A stretch of DNA of 64,000 bases from an uncultured Verrucomicrobiae bacterium (GTDB lineage: Bacteria; Verrucomicrobiota; Verrucomicrobiia; Chthoniobacterales; JAFAMB01), in the NCBI GenBank assembly GCA_963837955.1, contig CAWIPH010000002.1:384001-448000 (forward strand). The letters run 5' to 3'. Made by a program: the position numbers and the translations under genes. Positions 56,656 through 64,000 of the stretch are shown one piece after another. Below the pieces are notes generated by a model that ran no database searches, had not been told where the DNA came from, and saw only the letters and a list, made by a program, of their open reading frames with translations. Position 1 is the first letter of the stretch. Every line of letters starts with the position of its first letter.

Positions 56656-58158
56656 TCAGCCGTTTTGGAAGCCAGTGACGGGAGAGCCTCCGGCTTTTTG
56701 GGTCGCGACCCGTAACCATTCCCGAAACATCTCTCCTGCGAAATAATCATTGTAGGCTGCATACTGCGTCTTCTTATCCGCCTGGTATTTGTTTTCATCG
56801 ATCGGATCTTTACTATCCAAGTGGACTAGCAGGCCGTCTTCCTTGTCGAACAGTACACCCGATATTTGGCCCGCTTGCAATTCTACTTGGTTGACCCGTA
56901 GGGCAACGAACACCGGGTTCTTCATGTCCGGTTGTCCCATTAAGGCAAAAGGTGCAACGGTTTCGGCTTTCACACCGGCTTTCTGGGCGGCATCAGTAAA
57001 GGTCGCTCCAGCTTTGATTTCGTCCTCGATCTGGCTACGGATTTGCTGGCCCTTCTGCAGAATTGCTTCCTGGACTTTACCCTTGCGGATTCCAGTCACG
57101 ATCCGGTCTTTGGCTTCTTCCAACGCGAGAGGACGACTCGGTTCAAGCTCGAGAAGTCTAATGATGTAAAACCCATCCTTCGCCTGGACCTCATCGAGCG
57201 GCTGCTCCTTGTTAAGGCCTTGGGCCTGCTGCACCACTTCCGGCATCGTCATGATCAACGGATCAGGTTTGTTGTTTTCGAAAAATCCAGTCTGTTGAAC
57301 CTTCAATCCTTTCTCCTGGGCAACTTGATCGAATAGATCGGGATGTTCACCCAGCGGCTGCACGAAGGCTTGGGCTTGATCAGCTAATGTTTTGAGGGCT
57401 GCCTGCTTTTCTTTGTCGGTCAATTTTTTTTGATCGTCCGTCAGAGTAAACGCAACGAACTCGATCTTCTTCTTTTCCGGGGTCTGTAGCTGGGCCGAGT
57501 TCTCCTTGTAATACTTCTCGATGTCCTGGTCAGAAACTTGGACATCCTTCTGAAAGTCAACGCTATTTAGCCGGACGAACGAACAATGAAGGAGCTGATT
57601 TTGTTGCTCGTAACTCTGTCGGAACAGCGCTTCGGGGAGCGGTGATGATCCACGAATGAGCGCAGAAATTTTTTGGAATCTAAGATGGTCGGCCACCACG
57701 TCATCGAGATCGGCGGCAGTCATACCATTTGCCCTAAGCCCAGCTAGCAGCTGCTGATACTTGGTAGCGTCAAATTCGTTATTGGTTTGAAACATCGCGG
57801 AGCCCTTTTCCGCATTCCGAATCTCCTCTGTCGATGGTTCGAGTTGGAGACGCTTCGCTTCGTCGCGAATCAGCAAGATATTCCAAGCGAAGGTCACCGC
57901 TTGCTGGTCCCGGGATCCTTGCGAAGCTGCCAACTGCTGAAGCAAATCAGAAAACTGGAGGAGATAGGCAATCTGCGCAGACCGATCTACTTTTTGCAGT
58001 TCCTCAACCGTCACGGATCTGCCGTTGATCTTGCCGATTACCGCTTGAGGAGTGTTTCGCGTCCGGGTGGGATTCATGAACCAGACGAATGAAACGATGG
58101 TTAAAACCGTGATGATAATCAGCAGAATTCGTTGCCGTTTCCGAATAGTCTCCAACAT
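56656..58158 (-). CDS. SurA N-terminal / PpiD-like periplasmic chaperone
   Basis: MLETIRK plus TM anchor, GKINGRSVT, VSDQDIEKYY..N, PE.KK; likely start 58158. Confidence 0.88.
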   Translation of the reverse strand: MLETIRKRQRILLIIITVLTIVSFVWFMNPTRTRNTPQAVIGKINGRSVTVEELQKVDRSAQIAYLLQFSDLLQQLAASQGSRDQQAVTFAWNILLIRDEAKRLQLEPSTEEIRNAEKGSAMFQTNNEFDATKYQQLLAGLRANGMTAADLDDVVADHLRFQKISALIRGSSPLPEALFRQSYEQQNQLLHCSFVRLNSVDFQKDVQVSDQDIEKYYKENSAQLQTPEKKKIEFVAFTLTDDQKKLTDKEKQAALKTLADQAQAFVQPLGEHPDLFDQVAQEKGLKVQQTGFFENNKPDPLIMTMPEVVQQAQGLNKEQPLDEVQAKDGFYIIRLLELEPSRPLALEEAKDRIVTGIRKGKVQEAILQKGQQIRSQIEDEIKAGATFTDAAQKAGVKAETVAPFALMGQPDMKNPVFVALRVNQVELQAGQISGVLFDKEDGLLVHLDSKDPIDENKYQADKKTQYAAYNDYFAGEMFREWLRVATQKAGGSPVTGFQNG

Positions 58159-58336
58159 ATGAGGAGGAGGAAGTTGGACACGGAAAGGCGATTTTTCAAT
58201 CACAAATGGCGAGTGCCTCTTTTAGGGCGATTAGCTCCGTAGATAGAGGAGTCGGAAGACGGGAGATGGTAGTGGGTGTCCGGCGGCCGCGTATATGTGG
58301 TCAATAAGGCCACGTCTGGTTCTCTGCCTCGATGAT

Positions 58337-58446
58337 AGGGAGGGCGCACAGCCTGTCCGACATAGCCTTTCGGATGTCGGGCGCAGAATGCTTGAGCGCG
58401 ACGTCGGATCCTCGTGCGCCGCGGATCGCGACGACACGATCTCTCC
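58337..58446. repeat. REP/MITE-like element (gggaggg family), copy 2
   Basis: Inverted relative of 51288-51404. Confidence 0.75.
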
Positions 58447-58550
58447 ACGCCGGGGTTTTAACCCCGGGGGGTTAGACATATTAACCCGGTATTCCCTCCT
58501 ATGGCATTGTGAGACCGTATTGGGGGTCAGAAAATCACAGAGCGGCCTTA

Positions 58551-58860
58551 GGTTGACGCATGCGCGCAGCAGTAGGACTGGGAATAGAAGCCAAAAGGGT
58601 CCCGTCCCGGAAGGGACATCGTGATAGTAGCCCAGTCCCGCGGCCGCGGGACTGGGTAGATGGTATAAAGGGGGTGCCGTCCCGCGCGGGACGATCGAAA
58701 CGTTGAGGTAATGGTTTCCAATGTGACGTCACGAGCGCAGAGGTGAATCGATCGTCCCTGTCGGGACGGACCCGTCTTAACGCTATCCCAGCACTAAAGT
58801 GCTGGGATACTTTCGCTGTGTCCCTCGCGGGACAGATCTCCTAACCTGCGCGAATCAGCC
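58551..58860. repeat. Palindromic MITE/REPIN-like element, copy 2 (gtccc-N-gggac family)
   Basis: gtcccggaagggac..agtagcccagt..cgtcccgcgcgggacgatcga ... tcgatcgtccctgtcgggacg..cccagcact..gtccctcgcgggac. Confidence 0.85.
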
Positions 58861-60294
58861 GAGCAGGCCGAGGCCAAATTGGGGGAATATCCCAAATAAG
58901 AATATCAGAAGCACGAGCGCGGAGATCGTCACCATGGAGAGCCGGCTTACCGGGATTTCTGACGTGTTGCCGACGGCTGCGGCTTGCCAGTACATCGCTC
59001 TGACCACTTTCAGATAGTAGTAGAAGCCGCAACCCACTGTAATGATGCCCAGCAGCAGGAGAAGAAATTGTTGCGATTCGTAAGCAACTTTGAATACCAG
59101 GAATTTCCCAAAAAAACCGGCCGTCAGCGGTATGCCGGCCAGCGACATCATCGCGACGAGCAGACCGAAAGCGAGAAAAGGAGATCGCTTTCCGAGTCCG
59201 TTGAAGTGGGAGATATCATCCCCCTCGGAATGTTTCTCGACAATGATCAGGATGAGAAACGAGAGCAGAGTCATCAATAAGTAGGCCGCGAGGTAAACCA
59301 CGACCGCCAAGCCAGCGTCAAACGCGCCCACACTGGCCACGGCCATGAGCAAGTAGCCTGCGTGTCCAATGCTGGAATAGGCCAGCAGCCTCTTGAAATT
59401 GGTTTGTGGAAGAGCCGCGAGATTACCGTAAATCAGCGTAGCCGCAGCCAAGACGACCATGGCTACAATCACTTTGTCGCCGATTGCGGGTAAGCGCTGG
59501 AAAGTCTCCACGACCCGCAAAAGGACGATAAACCCGACAGCCTTTGAACCCACCGAGAGGAACGCCGTGATCGGAGTCGGTGCGCCTTGGTAAACATCCG
59601 GAACCCAAAATTGAAATGGTGCCGCAGCTACTTTGAATCCCAGACCGACCAGCACCAACATGACCCCAAACAACAAGCCGTGCAGGTTACCGGCTGGAAT
59701 CGAGCTGAGGGCCTGAGCAATCGCTGCCAGGTTCGTGTGGCGGGTAACTCCATAAATCCAGGTGACGCCGTAGACAAAAAACCCGGTCGACAATGCACCG
59801 AGAATCAAATATTTCGCACCTGCCTCCAGTGATGCCGGGTTTTTTCGGGTGAACGGGACGAGCGTGTAGAAAGAAATGGTGACCAACTCCAGCGACACGA
59901 AAATCACGACGAAATCGGTGGCGGATGCCATCCACATCATTCCTGCACACGTGAGTATCGGTACGGAGTAGAATTCTCCAAGCCCAGCCTGGGGGGTCGT
60001 TCCTTGCACGAAGGTGCGGATGGTGTCCGCGTAATCGATCGACATCACCAGGATGACGATGGTTGTCAGGACAACGAATTTTTTAAAGAAAAGTGCAGCG
60101 GCGTCGTCAGTATAGCCGGCTACCCCGGTTTGGCTCGAAAATTTGCCAAACTGTAAAAGCAAGAATACGACCACCAAACCGATGATGCCGAGCCAGGCAG
60201 TCAGATTACGGTTTTGCTTTTCGGCCAACGCCTCAAACAGAAGAAGGAACAATCCCAGACCGAGAACCAAGAGATCGAGCACAAGAGGCGACAT
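58855..60294 (-). CDS. nuoN: NADH-quinone oxidoreductase subunit N
   Basis: EAGAKY, GFKVAAAPFQFWVPDVYQGAPTP, KRLLAYSSIGHAGY. Confidence 0.96.
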   Translation of the reverse strand: MSPLVLDLLVLGLGLFLLLFEALAEKQNRNLTAWLGIIGLVVVFLLLQFGKFSSQTGVAGYTDDAAALFFKKFVVLTTIVILVMSIDYADTIRTFVQGTTPQAGLGEFYSVPILTCAGMMWMASATDFVVIFVSLELVTISFYTLVPFTRKNPASLEAGAKYLILGALSTGFFVYGVTWIYGVTRHTNLAAIAQALSSIPAGNLHGLLFGVMLVLVGLGFKVAAAPFQFWVPDVYQGAPTPITAFLSVGSKAVGFIVLLRVVETFQRLPAIGDKVIVAMVVLAAATLIYGNLAALPQTNFKRLLAYSSIGHAGYLLMAVASVGAFDAGLAVVVYLAAYLLMTLLSFLILIIVEKHSEGDDISHFNGLGKRSPFLAFGLLVAMMSLAGIPLTAGFFGKFLVFKVAYESQQFLLLLLGIITVGCGFYYYLKVVRAMYWQAAAVGNTSEIPVSRLSMVTISALVLLIFLFGIFPQFGLGLLG

Positions 60295-60299
60295 AAAGA

Positions 60300-61781
60300 T
60301 TATTTGAGGAAGAGGCGAAATCCCGGTTCAACCGCTTGCAGAATTAGCTGAGGAGCGAATCCGAAAATCAGAAGCGTGGCGACTAACAGGATTACTGGCC
60401 AGCCTAACGACCAGCTCACATCTCGCACTCCACTCCAACGCTGGGAACGGTCGCCGAAGAATATTCCGCGGTAAGCTCGGAGCATATAGACTGCGGATAT
60501 AACCAAGCCCCACAGGCCGCAGACCGCCGCCCATTGATAGCCGTTGAAAGCGGCCCCTGGCGTTGCAGTTTTGAAAGCGCCAAAAAAGACCAAAAGCTCG
60601 GAAGCAAAGTTGGCGAAGCCCGGTAGTCCGATCGAGGCGAAGGTAGCCAGGCCAAAAAGAAAGCTCAATAACGGCATCGACTTCGCGAGACCGCCCAGAT
60701 CGCGGTAATCGAGCGTTCCGGTTTGTTTCCGCAGTTCACCGCTGATTGCGAAAAGCGCGGCGATCGACAAGCCGTGGGCCAGCATCAGTAAAGCGGCGCC
60801 ATCAACCCCGATGAGGTTGGCACTCACTATACCGAGAAAAATGTAGCCCATGTGCATCACACTCGAATAGCCAAGGGTGAGATCGAGTTGCTTCTGCGCG
60901 ATTGTTGCCAGACCGACGAAAAGAAGGTTCCCGACCAGCAGAAGAAGCATTAGCCAGGTCCAATGCTGAGCCGCTTCCGGCATCAAAGGGAAAGCGATTT
61001 GCAACAAGCCGTACAACCCGAATTTCTTGAGCACGCCGGCATGTAGCATTGAGACCGGGACTGGAGCCGACGCGTACGCCTGGGGAGCCCAAGTGTGAAA
61101 GGGGAAAAGAGAGACAAGCGTGCCAAACCCGATGAGCAGCAGCAGAAATACGGAATTAGCTCCCGCGCCCGCAAATACGCCTGAAGCGGCCATAGCCTGT
61201 AAGCGCGGGATATCGAAAGTGCGTTGCTGCTCTGGAATCAGGAGATACAGACCGATCAGCCCGACCAGCAAAATGATGCTTCCGATCGAAAGATAGATCG
61301 TGATTTTCCAGGCAGCTGTTTGACGATTGCCGGTTCCCCAGATGCCGATCATCAAGAAGGTCGGAATCAGCGCGAGCTCATGAAACGCGTAAAAGAAGAA
61401 GAGGTCGAGAGACGCGAATGCACCGGCTGCCGCCGCTGCGATGAACATGATGCAGGCCATGTAGCGGTGAGAATATTCCTCAACATCTGGCGACACCCAG
61501 GTGGCTGCGAGCGCTACAATCGCGGTGAGCAACAGCATCGTCGCATTCAGCCCATTCACCCCGACCACAAACTTCAGATCCCAGGGGACGACCAGGGGGA
61601 ACCCAGAAACAAACTGGTATCCACCAGCGTGATGATCGTAACCGAGGAAAACGATCAACGCGGCAACTAGAGCGACAATGGTGCCGGCGACGGCTGTCCT
61701 GCGAGCCGGAAGGCCGGCCAGGATGGCAAGCCCAGCGACGAATGGCGCGAGGTAGATGAGATGAACCAGAAGAGCAATCAT
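60300..61781 (-). CDS. nuoM: NADH-quinone oxidoreductase subunit M
   Basis: ELALIP, FPFHTW, YSSVMHMG, GLPGFANF.SE; likely start MIALL at 61781. Confidence 0.95.
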   Translation of the reverse strand: MIALLVHLIYLAPFVAGLAILAGLPARRTAVAGTIVALVAALIVFLGYDHHAGGYQFVSGFPLVVPWDLKFVVGVNGLNATMLLLTAIVALAATWVSPDVEEYSHRYMACIMFIAAAAAGAFASLDLFFFYAFHELALIPTFLMIGIWGTGNRQTAAWKITIYLSIGSIILLVGLIGLYLLIPEQQRTFDIPRLQAMAASGVFAGAGANSVFLLLLIGFGTLVSLFPFHTWAPQAYASAPVPVSMLHAGVLKKFGLYGLLQIAFPLMPEAAQHWTWLMLLLLVGNLLFVGLATIAQKQLDLTLGYSSVMHMGYIFLGIVSANLIGVDGAALLMLAHGLSIAALFAISGELRKQTGTLDYRDLGGLAKSMPLLSFLFGLATFASIGLPGFANFASELLVFFGAFKTATPGAAFNGYQWAAVCGLWGLVISAVYMLRAYRGIFFGDRSQRWSGVRDVSWSLGWPVILLVATLLIFGFAPQLILQAVEPGFRLFLK

Positions 61782-63571
61782 GACGCGAACAGAATGAGGT
61801 AGAGCAGCAGGACGACTCCAAGACCGAAAAGAAAGGCGTACGCTTGGAGATTGCCAATTTGCAGAAACCGCAGAGCAAACCCGCAACTCCAGGTCATGCC
61901 GCCGAGTCCGCGAACGATACCGCCGTCAATGATCCAGCGGTCAACAAAACCGGCGATTTGCGCAAGCAAATCCTGAGTCCATTTAACCAGCGCCGAATAA
62001 AATTGATCGATGTAAAAACGGTTAGCGAACAAAGGAATTTGAATAGGATCCTTTGATTTTTCCCGATAGAGGTAGAAGCCGAGCAAGCCGCCAGCAAAAA
62101 AAACTGAGAGCGAGGTCATCATCGCCAATATTGGCACCCCTTCGCGCTCTGGCACGCCCATGAAGAAAGTAGCGATTTGAGGAAAACCGATGATACAGGC
62201 AGGGATCGCCAAAAGCACCAGCGGGATAGTCATCACTGGCGGCGACTCCTTCGCATGGGCAGCGGCCTCCGAGCGACTATCGCCGAGAAACGCGACGACA
62301 AAGAGACGCGTGACGTAGTATGCGGTGAAGAACGTCACTAGCGCGATCACCAGCGCGGCGACCAGGTTGTGATCGAAAGCAGAAGCGAGAATCCCGTCCT
62401 TACTCCAAAAACCGGCGAACGGCAAACAGCCGGCCAGCGACAGGCCGCCGACCAGAAAAGTCCAGAAGGTAATCGGCATTCTGCGCTGCAATCCACCCAT
62501 TTGCCAGATGTCCTGCTCGTGGTGAAGGCTGATGATGACCGAACCTGCTCCCAGGAACAGAAGGGCCTTGAAAAACGCATGGGTAAAGAGATGAAATATC
62601 GCGGCCTCCGGCACTCCCAAGCCCAGGGCAGCGATCATCAGACCGAGCTGTGACAGCGTCGAGTATGCCAGGATTCGCTTGATGTCATCTTGTTGGGTGG
62701 CCATCAGGGCAGCCAAAAGCGAGGTGATCAGACCGATCCAGAGCACCACATTTAAAGCGACCGGCGCCGTCTCGAAGATAAAAAAGACTCGAGCTAACAT
62801 GAACACGCCAGCCGCGACCATGGTGGCAGCATGGATCAGCGCCGAGACTGGCGTTGGGCCTTCCATCGCATCAGGCAACCAAACGTGGAGAGGGAATTGA
62901 GCGGATTTCCCGACCGCACCGCAAAAAACGAGAATGGCGGCGGCATTAAGATAAATCGGACTAAGACCGAGGGTAGACCATTTCGATCCTAACTCATCAA
63001 ACATGACGGTTCCGGAAGCCGACCAAACCACTAAGATCCCGAGCATGAAACCAAAGTCGCCGATGCGATTTACGATGAACGCCTTGTTTGCTGCGTCCGC
63101 CGCACTCGGGCGAGTAAACCAATGGCCAATCAAGATGTAGGAGCTCACACCCACCAACTCCCAGAATATGAACATCATGATGAAGTTATTGGCCAAGACG
63201 ATGCCGAGCATCGAAAACATGAACAGCGATAGGGCCGCGAAATAACGCGACCGGCCCCGCTCATCCTTCATGTAACCGATCGAGTAGATGTGAATCAGCA
63301 GACCGACGCCGGTCACGACTAGCAGCATCATCTTGCTGAGTTCGTCTATCTCGTAGCCTACTCGGACTTGAAAGACTCCGAGATCGATCCAATTGAAACT
63401 AGCGTTTTGGTTGGGGCCGGCAAAAACAGTGAGACTGACCAGGAATGAGAGTGCGACCGCGGCTACGGAGAGATAAGAGCTCGCCTTCCTGAACGGTTGG
63501 GTGGCGATGGTAATCAGCGCGGCTGCAATCAGGGGCGAGAATAGGATGATCCAAGGCGCCGGGTTATTCAT
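61778..63571 (-). CDS. nuoL: NADH-quinone oxidoreductase subunit L
   Basis: WELVG, NRIGD, GKSAQFPLHVWLPDAMEGPTPVSALIHAATMV, HAFFKALLFL. Confidence 0.97.
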   Translation of the reverse strand: MNNPAPWIILFSPLIAAALITIATQPFRKASSYLSVAAVALSFLVSLTVFAGPNQNASFNWIDLGVFQVRVGYEIDELSKMMLLVVTGVGLLIHIYSIGYMKDERGRSRYFAALSLFMFSMLGIVLANNFIMMFIFWELVGVSSYILIGHWFTRPSAADAANKAFIVNRIGDFGFMLGILVVWSASGTVMFDELGSKWSTLGLSPIYLNAAAILVFCGAVGKSAQFPLHVWLPDAMEGPTPVSALIHAATMVAAGVFMLARVFFIFETAPVALNVVLWIGLITSLLAALMATQQDDIKRILAYSTLSQLGLMIAALGLGVPEAAIFHLFTHAFFKALLFLGAGSVIISLHHEQDIWQMGGLQRRMPITFWTFLVGGLSLAGCLPFAGFWSKDGILASAFDHNLVAALVIALVTFFTAYYVTRLFVVAFLGDSRSEAAAHAKESPPVMTIPLVLLAIPACIIGFPQIATFFMGVPEREGVPILAMMTSLSVFFAGGLLGFYLYREKSKDPIQIPLFANRFYIDQFYSALVKWTQDLLAQIAGFVDRWIIDGGIVRGLGGMTWSCGFALRFLQIGNLQAYAFLFGLGVVLLLYLILFAS

Positions 63572-63574
63572 TCG

Positions 63575-63892
63575 CTAGAATTTGAGGGAGTTGAGATCTT
63601 CAACGTGAGTCGTCTGCCGGGCCCGGTAGATCGCCACGATGACGGCTAGTCCCACTGCGACTTCGGCTGCGGCGACGCTGATGATGAAGAAAACCAAGAT
63701 CTGGGCGTTGTAATCGGGCAGGCCGTTTTGAACATTGAACCTGGAAAATCCGATCAAGGAGAGGTTTGCCGCGTTCAGCATCAACTCTAGAGCCATGAAA
63801 ATTATAATCAGATTGCGTCGCAGCAGGACCCCGGCGAACCCGATAGCGAAAAGCAATCCGCTGACAATTAGATAGTCGTTCAAAGTGACCAT
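63575..63892 (-). CDS. nuoK: NADH-quinone oxidoreductase subunit K
   Basis: [24 protein letters not shown]. Confidence 0.97.
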   Translation of the reverse strand: MVTLNDYLIVSGLLFAIGFAGVLLRRNLIIIFMALELMLNAANLSLIGFSRFNVQNGLPDYNAQILVFFIISVAAAEVAVGLAVIVAIYRARQTTHVEDLNSLKF

Positions 63893-63894
63893 AC

Positions 63895-64000
63895 TTATTT
63901 CAGTTCCCGCTTGCTCAATACCACAACGCCGACGGATGCAACCACGATCAAGGCCCCAATAATTTGGAGCGGTAACTTATACTGCTGAAACAGCGTAAGT
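63895..64000 (-). CDS. nuoJ: NADH-quinone oxidoreductase subunit J (3' end only)
   Basis: ...[32 protein letters not shown], directly upstream of nuoK. Confidence 0.85.
   Translation of the reverse strand, partial: LTLFQQYKLPLQIIGALIVVASVGVVVLSKRELK

Noticed and set aside
29740..62900. Numerous short antisense or alternate-frame ORFs inside core genes
   Set aside because: Expected shadows of GC-rich coding sequence.
1..64000. CRISPR array or cas genes
   Set aside because: No regularly spaced 25-45 bp repeats with unique spacers; the repeats are palindromic, heptameric or pairwise.

Overview
Bacterial chromosome window in two parts. A Verrucomicrobiota/Chthoniobacterales-like origin is inferred from integrase type, gene content and repeat style, and is not verified. 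(1) Positions 1 to about 29,350 are a mosaic, decaying genomic island anchored at the 3' end of tRNA-Cys(GCA) (29350-29421, minus) by a tyrosine integrase; its far boundary is not in the window. It carries a serine resolvase with res-like sites, a dead second tyrosine recombinase and a frameshifted secreted protein. It also carries a ~1050-aa PKD / permuted papain-like (NlpC/P60) / carboxypeptidase-regulatory-like protein, a coupled 105-aa + 631-aa orphan pair, a LysR-divergent MBL/oxidoreductase/SnoaL cluster, and a HEPN-motif gene beside a NUDIX gene. The island contains many gene fragments and two internal duplications, one a 352-bp identical direct repeat about 19 kb apart. (2) From about 29,600 to 64,000 is intact core genome: SAM methyltransferases, DinG helicase, LptF/G, M42 peptidase, tilS, glgX-treZ-treY, eukaryote-type UGPase, amidohydrolase, glutaredoxin, a degenerate M28 lipoprotein, parB, MFS, lipoate ligase, cNMP histidine kinase, metG, TPR, SurA/PpiD-like and nuoJ(partial)KLMN. 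Several REP/MITE-like palindromic families and heptamer repeats sit between these genes, and a densely structured candidate RNA lies upstream of glgX. No CRISPR array or rRNA was seen. All calls are by eye; no searches were run.
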